64,000 nucleotides of DNA from the NCBI GenBank assembly GCA_951406725.2, contig OX597817.1:71672001-71736000 (forward strand), read 5' to 3'. Below the pieces are notes generated by a model, which worked only from the letters and a program-made list of their open reading frames with translations, searched no databases and had not been told where the DNA came from. Position 1 is the stretch's first letter. Every line of letters starts with the position of its first letter. The translations under genes were made by a program, and so were the position numbers. Source of the stretch: Octopus vulgaris. Taxonomy: Eukaryota. Of the stretch, positions 26,501 to 39,635 are shown piece by piece.

Positions 26501-26977
26501 CATCTCTATTTTTTTCGTTGCCAGTGAAAAGGTCTGGCACCATACTGTTTTCTCCTCGGAGTGACAGGGAGTTAATATTACATTCGTCCCCTCCTTCTCT
26601 AATAATTCCATGTATTCTTTGAGTTTGGCCTGTCTGACACTCACTCTGTCGCTGTTGACATGGGCTGCTGGTGCGTAACTGTCTCTTTTGCCCATAGTCA
26701 CGTAATCCCTTTCGGTGTTTTGAGTCTCCGTTAAGTCGCTCTCCAGTTCAGGCGACTGCTCCATTTAGTTGTCCGTACTCCACATAAAATACAAGTTTCG
26801 CTCCTAAAAGGGGGAAAATCAGCAATAAACACAAACCCGCAAACGCAAGCAGAGCGCCAAAAGACACAAAAACAATAGCAAACAAAACGTAATCCCAAAA
26901 GGGAAAGCCTACAACAAGGTAAAACCAACAAGTACTTAGCTTCACAGCAGAAAAAGCACGTCTGTTCAACTCGAGAG
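23582..26977 (-). mobile_element. L1/Tx1-like LINE, internally deleted (two ORF1 modules plus ORF2 C-terminus), flanked by TSD
   Basis: Flanks AGATGATTGtgACAACG (23565-23581) / AGATGATTGgaACAACG (26978-26994). Zinc knuckles CYKCGGKGHLKVKC (~26017-26058) and C*KCG*KGHIRDEC (~25060-25101). ORF2 tail LERLLFRFLWRGR..CQHPLKGRL.MPW. AATAAA at the 3' end. Confidence 0.8.
26264..26764 (-). pseudogene. LINE ORF1 (RRM-like N-terminal part), interrupted by a stop
   Basis: MEQSPELES..FGTVEVRFASEEEALKHSTTPLKLAELVLLPTYLGRRTSRIKIGEVP. Continues with disruptions to the CCHC knuckle. Confidence 0.65.
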
Positions 26978-27413
26978 AGATGATTGGAACAACGGTGAAA
27001 AAAAAATATCAGTATTAATTTACTAATGCATTTGGGCATCAATAAATTATCAGACAATTGCAAAAAAAATTGTAGAGTAAAATTACTCCGAGTAAGTCTC
27101 TATGTGGTTGCTCGACTAGCAAGAAATAGCAGCCACATTTCCTTCGAATTACACCTCACATTGGTTATAAAATAGTCCTGTGATCCCTGTACATAGCAAA
27201 AATAAGGGATGTCACGGTTAAAATACCTTTGTATTACCAGGACTGACCTGGAAATAAAATCAACAGCCACTACACGTTCACTCCTTCCCTTGCTTAAGTT
27301 ACTCTGTTGCCAAGTTAAAAGAAAATCAATTATATACTGTAACCGAAAATCAATCACAAGTTCTCACACGTGCATTTTGAATAGTTAGGTGTAAAAGTAA
27401 GGAATCATATCAT

Positions 27414-27481
27414 TTATAGTTATCGGGGAAATATATATCAGTTATAGTTATCGGGGAAATATATATCAGTTACAGTTATCG
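27414..27481. repeat. 28-bp minisatellite (~2.4 copies)
   Basis: ttatagttatcggggaaatatatatcag repeated. Confidence 0.9.
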
Positions 27482-27932
27482 TAAAAATCTACCACAAAAA
27501 TCTCTCAAATAATTTCGCTACTCGGAAAAAAACTAAATAAAACTCGGAAAAAACTAAATAAACCTGATAATACTTTTAACTTTCTATTTACAATTTCCAT
27601 TATCTTCAAATTTAACCATTTATCTAGAATATGTAATGGTATGAAGAATATTTTCTGATACATTTTCACATATATTTCTTTAAATATTTTTAAAGATCGG
27701 CTTTTCGAAATTTTGAACTACAATATAGTTACAATGATATCAGGATAGTCCAGAATATAAATAATACATGAGTTCATTTCAAAAGTTCATTTATTTTGAT
27801 TTTTACTGGATTAGAGCACAGAATATCTGATATTATAAAGTGACTGTACACAAAAACCTACACATACGCTCTTATTCACTTGCGCATGCGTACACACTCT
27901 TTTATTCCCTCACTCACTCACTCACTCACGCA

Positions 27933-27983
<51 letters not shown>

Positions 27984-28343
27984 AGGCACACGCATGCATA
28001 AAGCAAAAACAAAACACAAGTACACAAACACACATTTACATTCATCATGCAATCCGTATCAGCTGTCTACCCGGAGACCACAACAAAGCAAGTTTTTTTT
28101 TCAATATTGTCACGCCTTCGAGTGATGCTGGGTTACATCGACTCTTCCAGAAATGCCCTAGTTACTTTGGCTCTCAGTGTAGCATGAATTTTCCCTTTTG
28201 CCCATTGTATCACACAAGCCGGAGTCAACTGTAACTATTTCAAGTACGCAGCATCTAATTTGTTTCATTACTTGATAGCAATTTTCTTTCCAATTGTCAT
28301 TGTAATTTTAATCGCAGCTTTGGTCTTTCTTTCACGTTACCTT

Positions 28344-28600
28344 ACTATATCCATAAAGACATATTCCTCACTTCTCTCTGAATTTCAGTGATTACTGCTC
28401 TGTTATCCTGTCTAATTTCTGGCTAGATAAATAGGACAGCGTAGATCTTGCCTCAAAACCACGGCTTCCATTTATTTAGAAGCACTGCACACTGTATAAT
28501 CTCCCCAAGTCATCGTCAACTCAATGATTAAGTCTGTTTTTATCATGTCTGACCAAATCGTGAAATCAGGGTGTTTGATTTATCACTGCAGCTTGGCTTG
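28344..28600 (-). mobile_element. HERO/NeSL-like RLE-domain remnant
   Basis: HPDFTIWSDM..DLIIELTMTWG..GSRGFEARS..EVRNMSLWI resembles the RPD..WS..IELT.PWE..G.RGF..S.W.W motif. Highly decayed. Confidence 0.45.
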
Positions 28601-28927
28601 GGTAAGTGGTCACTGCCTCTTAATCCATTTGTCTTTTCCACATACCAAAGACCATTCAGAACTTTAGGTTTTGCATTTCACGCCCTCCTTGTGGTAAAGA
28701 ACATGGTGAACTTCTGAGTTGATTCTTGTCGCATTCATCTTTATGGATTGATATGTAGTTTTTCTATAGTGATGCTTAAGATATGAAATGTCAGAAGGTA
28801 TATTCTAAGTGGGAAATAGGCGTTCTACCAGATATTGTTCAACGGTGGTATATTGTCCATGTACAAAACATCGGGCATGTCTTTTCAACACATATATCAT
28901 ACGACTATGTGTATGTATGTGTGTATG

Positions 28928-28997
<70 letters not shown>

Positions 28998-29100
28998 TGT
29001 AATGCATGCATATATGTATGAATGTATGTATGTATTATGTAAATATGTATACATTATACATGTATGCATATATACAGATATGCAGATATATGCGTGTATC

Positions 29101-29131
<31 letters not shown>

Positions 29132-29279
29132 TAGACATATATACATATATACATATACGTATGCATATATGCATGAAGGTGTATGTACGTATATATGTAT
29201 ATATGTATGTATAAAAATACATACATATATATTGTACACATACGTACATATATGCAGATGCATGAGTGTATTACACACA

Positions 29280-29373
<94 letters not shown>

Positions 29374-29468
29374 GCATATATACATACATATTTATGTTTA
29401 TGTATATACACATACACACACACATATATATACGTACATAAATACATACATACATACAAATGTATCTA

Positions 29469-29519
<51 letters not shown>

Positions 29520-29532
29520 CCATACACGTATA

Positions 29533-29890
29533 TTCTTTTATTCTGCTATTTGTTTCAGTCATTTGACAGTGACTATGCTCGAGTACCACCTTTTAGTCGA
29601 ACAAATCGACACCAGAACTTATTCTTTGTAAGCCTAGTACTTATTCTAACGCTCTCTTTTGCCGAAACGTTAAATTATGGGGACATAAACACACCAACAT
29701 ACACACACGCACACACACATACACACTTCGGGCTTTCAGTTTCCGACTACCAAATCCACTCACAAAGCTTGGTCCGGCCGAGGCTCCAGAAGAAGACACT
29801 TGCCCATGGTGCCATGCAGTTGGACAGTTGGACTGAACTCAGAACCATTTGGCTGGTAAACAAGCTACTTACCATGCAGCTACGCTTGCG

Positions 29891-29893
<3 letters not shown>
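29533..29893 (-). mobile_element. SINE family B
   Basis: Same family as 41884-42292 (ccaaatccactcacaaag..ggccgaggc..caagctacttacca). Confidence 0.85.
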
Positions 29894-29936
<43 letters not shown>

Positions 29937-30701
29937 AACACACACATATATATATGTGCATACATATACGCAATGTATATATTCATGAAGGTGTATGTGT
30001 GTATGTATGTATGTATGCATGTATGTATGTATGTGTGTATGTATGTATGTATGTATCAAACTGTTTTACTTTCTCTAGGAGCGGAAATAACTCAAGAATG
30101 TTTTGTATTGTATTTAAGATACGTTCATTCGTTTCTGTTGTTCACATACACCCCATTAGCTAATCTGAATGATTTCTTTTCGCTCATTTTCATTTGTAAT
30201 ATGCAAATTTCCTATGCCATAAATTTGTTCCACACTTTTCGTTTTGGATACGTATAAGTATCTCGCCTGCTGGAGAGAAGTTATGACACCTGCTGTGCTG
30301 AGAAAACCTATTGAAGTAGAAGCACATTTTTACAACTGTCTTCTTGCCTCCAGTTAAACAGATTTTTATGGCATGTTAACCGTAAAAAAGTTTTGACCGT
30401 TGAGGTCATAGCCTTTTTCCATTTGGTGCTGATTCTACTCGCTATCAGGCGATTATATTATCTCATTAGGAAGAGATGATTTAAATAAATCAAGAACTTA
30501 TGTTGTATTCTTTTATTCTTTTAATGGTTTCACTTGTAGGATTGCAGCTGTGTTGTAGCGTCGCCTTAATTTATTTTCTGTTTTATTGACGCTTTATGGC
30601 TAGCATTCGTCATCTTTGTTGTTGAAATACATGTCCACAAGGAGTAATTATGTTCAATTCATAACTAAGAACAAGAACTATAGAAAGTAATCAGAACTTA
30701 C

Positions 30702-30771
30702 CACAATGATCAGCACCAGTGGAGCCCTAATAATCCACAGGATTCCACGTCTTTGGTTTATATTCCAACAT
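30702..30771 (-). CDS. Class B1 (secretin/PTH receptor-like) GPCR, ECL2-TM5 exon (70 bp)
   Basis: ttctcattccttgttacAG|A TGT TGG AAT..ATT GTG|GTaagt. Encodes CWNINQRRGILWIIRAPLVLIIV (conserved CW and WII..P motifs). Phase 2 to 0, matching the 61-bp exon. Confidence 0.88.
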
Positions 30772-30993
30772 CTGTAACAAGGAATGAGAATTAAAGAATA
30801 ATGCAAAAGCATAAAATGAGTTACGTGAGAATGACGAGTAAAAGCCATAATGTGAGATTGAACGAAAGCGGAATATAAGTAATCGTCCACTGTTTATATG
30901 GGAGTGTTTCGTAAACAATATCCATCCATATATCCATCCATCCATACATACATACATGCATACATACATACATACATACATATATACATACAT

Positions 30994-31295
30994 GTGGAGG
31001 CACATGGTCTAGTGGTTAGAGTAGCGGACTCGCGGTCGAGAATTCGCGGGTTCGAATCTCAGACCGGGCGATGTGTGTTTATGAGCGAGACACCTAAGCT
31101 CCACGCGGCTCCGGCAGAAGGTAATGGCGAACTTCTGTCGATTCTTTCGCCACAACTTTCTCTCACTCTTTCCTCTTGCATCTTGCAGCTCACCCACGAC
31201 GGACCGGCGTCCCGTCCAGGTGGGGAACCTATACGCCAAGGAAACCGGGAAACCGGCCCTTATGAGCCAGGTATGGTTTGAGAAGGAACAAACAA
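30994..31295 (+). mobile_element. tRNA-derived SINE family C, full length, inserted in (CATA)n
   Basis: A box TGGTCTAGTGG, B box GGTTCGAATCTC, tRNA-like head. The 3' part has GACGGACCGGCGTCCCGTCCAGG, reminiscent of V-domain SINEs. It may correspond to the octopus OR-type SINEs (unverified). Confidence 0.85.
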
Positions 31296-31999
31296 CATAC
31301 ATACATGCATACATACATACATACATACATACATACATACATACATACATACATACATACATACATACATACAATGAATTATAGAACATCTATATCACGG
31401 AAGCAATAGAGGACAATGCCGAGGGTATTGATCAATCCTACGGACTTTTCTACTGCAGCTTGTCTATCATGCACTCCAGTCAGCCAACCGTACACGCACG
31501 AATTTTTTTAGAAGAGGTCAAATGATGAAAATTAATGTTTTCCATGCTGTATTAAACAATGTAATAAAGCATTTACGTGGTCACTTCTACTAAATTTAGC
31601 AGCCTAATCTCCTTCAGATCACAATATAATGACATGAAAGGAGACATAGTCGGCATGCAGTCCTAGAAATATTATGCCTAAAAAAGAAGACTGGTTAGTC
31701 ACGAATGGAATGTTGTTAATCATAGATCTGCTCAGACATGTATAATTCGGAAACGAAAACAAATGTTAGTCCTACATAGACTCCTAATCTTTCCATGACA
31801 AGCTAAAACAAACTACAGGGAACCCGATGCATCATAATAAGTTGTACATAGGCCATACAGAATATTAATTATAAAATGAAACAAAATTTCTAAAACGTAA
31901 GACCACATGAACACGAGACAAATGGGCTGTTGCTACAACAAACCTAGACTACAACAGTTCAAGTCACTGCATAAACAAACACCTCTAAAGATACGGATA

Positions 32000-32092
<93 letters not shown>

Positions 32093-32282
32093 GGGCACTT
32101 GTCGGCAAAAGCTGTTGAGAAAACATTAATAGTTACTTCTGTTCTCTGGTTAGAAAGTCGATTGGTAAAGCTGAGTGAATCACACATACATACATACATA
32201 CATACATACATACATACATACATACATACATACATACATACACACAAACACATGCACATATAATGAGTAAAAGGGTAAATAT

Positions 32283-32358
32283 TTCCTTCGGTTATGAATA
32301 ACTATGGGATTACACCTAGAAATTCCCCCTCCGAGGCACAAGTCCGGGCAAGGTGTTG
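32283..32358 (-). mobile_element. 3' fragment of CORE-like SINE family D
   Basis: Reverse complement of the cttg(c)ccggacttgtgcctcggaggg segment also seen at ~58115-58150. Confidence 0.55.
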
Positions 32359-32623
32359 AAATCTCCCTCAAGTAACACTTCAACTGCTTGAAAATAATTA
32401 ATGACACGCATTAGATAACGCAGTCAAGTAGTGGGACCAATTATTCTCTATCTCTCCCCTATCTCTCTCTTTCTGTGCCTCTCTCTTTCTCCTTCTCTCT
32501 CAGACTTTCTCACAACCGCCTACGTGGTGAGAAGGACGCAGATGACAACTCACAGTATTAATTTCTTTCGATGCAGCTATTTCTACTCATAGCAGTAGAA
32601 GAATATGATTATTGAAATTGCAT

Positions 32624-32658
<35 letters not shown>

Positions 32659-33079
32659 CTTGAATCCCCGACATGATAAAGTTTTACCTCAGATACTAGA
32701 CTGTTCGTCTGTAAACGGATGGTATGGTTAAATACATCGATATCCATTAACTGACTGGCACCTGCTATGGGAACATGAAAGGCAAAATTAAGCCCCGGTA
32801 TGATTTGAACTAAGAACATAAAATAACTTATCTAAATAATTGCAAAGAATTTAGCACAAAGCTAAATGACAGTTAATCCCTCTAAAGCTGATCATAAATT
32901 CCTACCATCAATATCCTGAGGTTAATCCACCTATCTACAACCACCACCAACCCTGTCTCCTATAACTTGCGGTGGTCATGGTGATGGGGAAGGGCCTTGT
33001 ATATTGGCTCCAAAAGTACGCATGGAATTTTAATGTTTTTGTTATTATTTATTAATACAATAACAACAACAACAACAAA

Positions 33080-33111
<32 letters not shown>

Positions 33112-34004
33112 GCAGTTGTAGTGATAGTAGTATAACTGATTTATTGGTTAGGAATATCAGGAATTGCCATTCCTGATATTTTGCCACTGCAAACAATATA
33201 AATGATAATGCCTTGTAGGTTTGGAAACGCGGTGCAAATTTATATGGAGGAAAGACGTACATGCGTTTACAAACTGACTCCAGTACTTGACCAGGCAGCG
33301 GATAGAATAGCTGACAAAATGCACTATTTGCTTGAGTAAGTAGCATTATGAGTTCAAATCTTGAGGTGATCACTATCACTTATCATCTTTCCGGGTTCGA
33401 TAAAAATAAAGTGTCATTCCAAAGCAGGGAATTGGCGAAATTGTTTGAGAGTGTATTGGACAGAATATAGTATTTGTTACTGATTTTTACGTTCTGAGCG
33501 CCTAGGAAGGGCAGAAATGGATAACAGACAGACCTAAATGATTGAAAGGAATTTTCTACGGTGCACTTCCACTTCTTCTATTCCGTCACTTTCAATAATA
33601 GCAACAATATCAGTCACAGTAATGTTAACCAGAATCAGCAAACAGCGCCAGGAACCACCAACGCAACATAACAACAACAACAACAACAGCAACGATAAAA
33701 GCAAGACCAAGAACAACAAGAGTAACAACAACAGCAAATGTAACAACAATCAGGTATTGATTTCTATCGGTCGTTCTTTCTGTTTATTTAAAATCCAAAG
33801 CGCCAGGGAATAATACAGAAAGAAGTATTTTGTATGATAGAAAGATAAGTCATGAGAACACCCTCACAATATATACACAACCATGGGAAGACTAACTATC
33901 GCTTGTTGTAAATGTACACTATGACGTCTTAGTTTTCCAACATAAACTTCCCCATTGTACTCCTTCACACGCGTACATAAAAACATATAAGAACACACAC
34001 ATAG

Positions 34005-34079
<75 letters not shown>

Positions 34080-34845
34080 AACAAACACGTTCATATCGTA
34101 TCTTTCGAAAGAGCTAATCTCTAAAGCGTATTTCATTAAATTTAAAACTGCGAAGTCTAATATGTAACAAGATACTGAATCTTGGTAACTTTGCGAGAAA
34201 ACAACTTCGTGGACACTCAGTCTTCTAAAAATATCTGCCAAGACTGCCTAAAATCATACATCTTACAGTCTTAAAAAAGAGAAACACACGAACAATCTAC
34301 TGCCAGACAAACTGTATACGAAACAGAAAAATAAAACGGGTTGTCCGTCGACTTTTATCTGATGACTGCACAATAAAGAAAGACTTAGTACTAAACAACA
34401 CTAATAACATTGAATCGTTTCTAACAGAATGCCTACTTATTAGTGTGCAATTAAGCAACCAAAGGTAGTTAAATTGGAAAAATTCAATTTTATCTGTGGC
34501 TATGGTGACACTAACTTTTGGTTGAAGCATTTAAAATATCACCAAATCATGTCTAGAGCTGTATTCTATAAAATCTATTAATGGTCCCTGCATTATACAT
34601 GTTCACGTTAATTTACTTCATAAAGATTAGTTAAAATAACTTTTTCATATCGAAATCAAAAGTTTTTACTCGAGGAACGATTACATGTAGCTCACCTTCT
34701 TGAACTTTGGCATCTCTTTCATTCACTTTGGAACATAAACCTGTTTAACTACAGTTTTCTTAATTTCGAAAAACAAGCCAGATATTTGTGAGCGCGCGCG
34801 CGCACGCACTCGCGCAAACATACACCAGTACAGAGAGAGAGAGAG

Positions 34846-34896
<51 letters not shown>

Positions 34897-35845
34897 GAGA
34901 GAGAAGACACACATATAGTATTACAAAACATATATATAAATGCACGTATTTGGATGCGTATATGTGTGTGTGTACACTGTTAAACATAGTGAGTGAGTAT
35001 TTAGCAATGCGTCCGTGAATAGTTGATGTGTTGGATGTCTTCCTGATGAAATAACAATGACTCTTGAAATATGTATATACACCATTACCTAATTTTTATA
35101 TGTACATAAACGTATCCCTATACGAAACGTCGTAACTTTGAGTGCTGGCTCTCAATTCTATAGGAAGTCTGTAGAGATAACTTAAAAATCCCCACACACA
35201 CACAAATGCACATTTTTTCCACATATATGTACATATCGTCGGCTCATATTTACTCCACTGATTTCTGAATGACATCAAGTTATTCTACTAATGTTTCATT
35301 AGCATTTTCTACTTCGTCTAAGGTTCCTCATTAGCCATTTGATATAATCTAGTTTTTGTCAATTCATAAAATTTACTATAATAAATATATTCTAAGCTTT
35401 TTGAAAAACATTTTATACTTTTTGAATTTAGTTTGAAAAGTAAATTGCAAAAAGCTATGCCTGTAAAAGGAGTGAAGTAGTAGGGAAAATGTAAACGCAA
35501 GAGTGATAACATAATTGAATCTGTGAAAATACAGGACAAGAAAAGTGAAAACTTAAAAATATTGCAGGCAATGTTGGAAATGAAATGAAAAAGATATGAT
35601 TTTAGTTACATTCAGTTGTAAAAATATGCTCTCTCTTTAGATTCTAAATCAGCCTGTGAAGAAAATTCTGTATGGAAGTTCTTTTATTTACTCCTTATAA
35701 AATAAAATATGGTGTTTGATGGGAAGGATTTGAAATACTTATATATGATGAAGATGTAGCCGATCTTTCAGAATTTAAAAATTTTAAGTTATGCCCCTTT
35801 CATGTTTTCTAATTATAACTGATCTGGCATTTAAACATAGAGAAA

Positions 35846-36436
35846 AGCGGCGAGCTGGCAGAAGCGTTAGCACGCCGGGCGAAATGCTTAGCGGTATTAC
35901 GTCTGCCGCTACGTTCTGAGTTGATATTCCGCCGAGGTCGACTTTGCCTTTCATCCTTTCGGGGTCGATAAATTAAGTACCAGTTACGCACTAGTATCGA
36001 TATAATCGACTTAATCCGTTTGTCTGTCCTTGTTTCTCCCCTTTATGTTTAGTCCCGTGTGGGCAATAAAGAAATATGAAACGTCAGCATGCCGGGCGAA
36101 ATGCTTAGCCGTATTTCGTCTGCCGTTACGTTGTGGGTTTAAATTCCGCCGAGGTCGATAAATTAAGTACCAGTTACGTACTGGGGTCGATGTAATCGAC
36201 TTAATACCTATGTCTGTCCTTGTTTGTCCCTTCTATGTTTAGCCCCTTGTGGGTAATAAAGAAATATGTATTTCGTCTGCCTTTACGTTCTTAGTTCAAA
36301 TAATTCCGCCGAGGTCGACTTTGCCTTTCATCCTTTCGGGGTCGATAGATTAAGTACCAGTTGCGTACTGGGGTTGATCTAATCAACTGGCTCCCTCCCC
36401 CAAAATTTCAGGCCTTGTACATAGAGTAGGAAAGAA
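35846..36436 (+). mobile_element. Trimeric SINE family A with diverged 15-bp TSD
   Basis: Three tandem ttccgccgaggtcga..ttaagtaccagtt monomers. Flanks TTAAACATAGAGAAA (35831) / TTAAGTATAGAGAAA (36437). Confidence 0.85.
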
Positions 36437-37294
36437 TTAAGTATAGAGAAATTAAACATCAGTTTAGGATGCAATTTAACTAAAAGTTCAACTAAGGATG
36501 CCTTATAAGGCAATGGTATCTTGTCAGCTCAGAAATGATGAGAGATAAATGGTGTGGTTGTTTTAGTGAAGTCTACATGCTTCCATTAAAAAATGAAAAT
36601 TAAAAATTAAAACCTATTCTGACTAGAGACAAAAGATTCGAAATCCATATTTCTGAAGCCCTAAAAATCCAACACTCTTGGGATTTTGATACCTAGGAAC
36701 ACTCATATCTTCTATAAACTTGACCAAAAAATCTTCATTTTCCAAAATTCATAAACTTTGATTTACCTTCCTCGATTTAAGTATAAACCATTGAGTATAA
36801 TCCCAGTTAGAGATGCCTATAAGAGGATGCTATGGGGAAAGAAAATGTCTCATCGTATTTAACGACATTACCATTATGCTGTCCAAGGTCATCATAGACT
36901 TGTATTTAAGCTTTTCTCCCTCTTTTTTCATCCGAACTCACACAGAAAGCATATTCCATCTTCAAATGCAATATTTTAAAGGTTCTGCTTTCTTGTTTTT
37001 TCCATATTTAATTAATTGATTATACAATCACTCCTATGCCCGCATTTTCCCAGACAGTAGGCAGAAACAAGGAAAATGCTCCTTGTATTTGAATACTATT
37101 CTTTTAAAAAACTTTTCATATAATTTTTCCAAAATTTAATTGTTTTCCATACTTACAGTTGAAAAAATCTCAATAAGCGAAACCGGTATTGAAATGTTTT
37201 TTATAAAATTATTTTAGCATTTTCTACCTTGACTTTCCTCTCTCTCTCTCTCACTCACTCTCACTCTCTCTCTCTCTCTCTCTCTCTCTTTTCT

Positions 37295-37353
<59 letters not shown>

Positions 37354-38311
37354 CATATATACATGCATACATATATATACATACTTACATGAATCCATAT
37401 ACATAAATACATACATACATATAAATACATACATACATGTAAATACATATATATATGTACATATCTGTGTGTGTGTCGGTTTGTGTGTGTGTACTATTCC
37501 CTTTGCATGTTTGTGTATCTGCACTGTTGTGATATAGCTATCTATGTGTGTGCGCGTGTGTATGTGAGTTTCATTCTCTTCTCATTAAATTTGTAAGATT
37601 TATAGAGTTTATCATATGTTATTAGCGATGTTGATAATGCATTTACGTATTGATCGGACCGTTAATTATAACGGCGTGCTGTTAATCTGTGACAAGTTAA
37701 TATCCTTTCCAGAAGTCATTTGGGTTTCTGGTGCATTGTAATTAACTCTACAGATTCTTAGGAGCCGTTTTTTTTTTTACAACGCAATGGATTTATTTCC
37801 CACCTCTGTACAAAGTTGGCCCAGCAGCCATATTTTACGGAAAACAGTTTTAATAATCTCTACAAGCTCCAGGATTCGAGTCATAATAATTAGTTTTGCT
37901 ATGGGCGTAATTCATAGCTATTATGGGTGTATAAATCATGAGATACGACTCTGATGATATTGCGTGTGATAATCAATGGTCTATCAATTATTATTAACAG
38001 CTTTTCGTCCTTGCTTATACTCTCAGTTCAATTTTCGCTTCGATTGAGACTTTGCCTTTCATCCTTTCGGGGTCGTGAAAACAAGCACTGGGGTCGATGT
38101 AATCGACTTAGCCCCACGCCCCAAAGAATCCCTCTCAACACATGGCTATGATGCTCCCCCACTACTTCTGCTCGTGATCAGAGATGCACATATCGTCAGC
38201 CACTAAGGGACATGCTCAACTGGCTAAGGTCAAACAACTGACAAGCAAATCTGTGGTATTGAGCAGAATATTTGCCAATATGAGAGCTACTGCCTAGCAC
38301 TGCATCAGGGA

Positions 38312-38387
<76 letters not shown>

Positions 38388-38590
38388 GAGGCAGTGATCT
38401 GGCAGAATCGTTAGCACACCAGTCGAAATGCTAAGCAGTATTTCGTCTGTCTATGTTCTGAGTTTAAATTCTGCCGAGGTCGACATTGCGTTTCATCCTA
38501 AATTAAGTAGTAGTAAAACATTGGGGTCGATGTAATCGATTATCCCCCTCCCACAAATTTCAGGCCTTGTGCCTATAGTAGAAAGAATTA
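38388..38590 (+). mobile_element. SINE family A between (TTA)n tracts
   Basis: gaggcagtgatctggcagaatcgttagc..gccgaggtcgac..ggggtcgatgtaatcga..caggccttgtgcctatagtagaaag. Confidence 0.85.
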
Positions 38591-38611
38591 TTATTATTAT
38601 TATTGTTGTTA

Positions 38612-38827
38612 TTATTCAGTAGTTTTATTTTTATAGCGTGCTTTCACTTCACTACCGAGCACAGCTCTGTGTGCCTTGGGTATGTGCTGTGATTTGTTGT
38701 GATGCTCTGATGGTTATTGTATGGAAAGTGTTCTGCGTAGGATGTGTGCAGTGCCTAGTAGTGCAATTTTCTGTATGTTATATGTGTTTGTAATTCCTGG
38801 TGTTTTTGTTATGTATTTGTCTGAATA

Positions 38828-38832
<5 letters not shown>
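38612..38832 (-). mobile_element. R4/Dong-like LINE 3' end within TAA microsatellite
   Basis: KKYSDKYITKTPGITNTYNIQKIALLGTAHILRRTLSIQ* plus 3' UTR, with (TAA)n-type repeats on both sides. Confidence 0.75.
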
Positions 38833-38881
<49 letters not shown>

Positions 38882-38929
38882 CATTATTATTGTTGTTGTT
38901 GTTGTTGTTGTTATTATAATGCATGTATT

Positions 38930-39158
38930 TATATCTGTGTGTTTTTGTGTCTGCGTTTGTCCTCCCATCACTGTTTGGAGACTGGTGTTGGTGTGTTTAC
39001 GTCCTCGTAACTTAGGATTCGGCAAAAGAGACTGATAGAATAAGTACTAGATTTAAGAAATACGTCCCGAGGTTGGTTTGTTCGACTAAAACTCACCAAT
39101 GTGGTGCTCCAGCATGGCCGCAGTCAAATGACTGAAATAAGTAAAAGAATAAAAGGAT
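38930..39158 (+). mobile_element. SINE family B 3' half
   Basis: ggtgttggtgtgtttacgtcc..cgtaacttag..ggtgctccagcatggccgcagtcaaatgactgaaa. Confidence 0.85.
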
Positions 39159-39339
39159 AGTTCCAATGGTAACAGAAAACAAACCATCAATTCTTCTGCA
39201 CACAGTTTGAATCTTTGAAACTATATCGATACATCAATCACGTTGTATGCATTTACTTCTTGGAGTAGTTATAATGAGAAACAGTCGATATATGGTTTGT
39301 GAGTTCAATTCTGTTAAATGTGCTACATTGTATTATTTT

Positions 39340-39635
39340 CCTCGTCATAAAACCCAGTATTTATTTGTTATTAAGCCTGATACCTATTCTATCGTGTTTA
39401 TTTTTGCCGAACCAAGTTATGGGAACAGAAATAAACCAGCACCGGTTGTCAAGAATTGATGGGTACAACACAAGTCCACGCGCTCGCTCACACATAAATA
39501 AAAACGACCGGCTTCTTTCAGTTTCCGTTTACCGAATTCACACACAATACTATAATAGAAGGTACATCCCCAAGATGACACTCAATGGGATTGAATCTGA
39601 GATCCCATGGTTGACGAGCAAGCTTCTTAACCAGA
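39340..39635 (-). mobile_element. SINE family B, diverged
   Basis: ttttgccgaacc..caccggttgtcaag..ggcttctttcagtttccgt..agcaagcttcttaacca. Confidence 0.7.

Noticed and set aside
30994-31075. Functional tRNA gene (also 57860-57935)
   Set aside because: A and B boxes are present, but the cloverleaf is imperfect and the sequence runs into a SINE body and tail.
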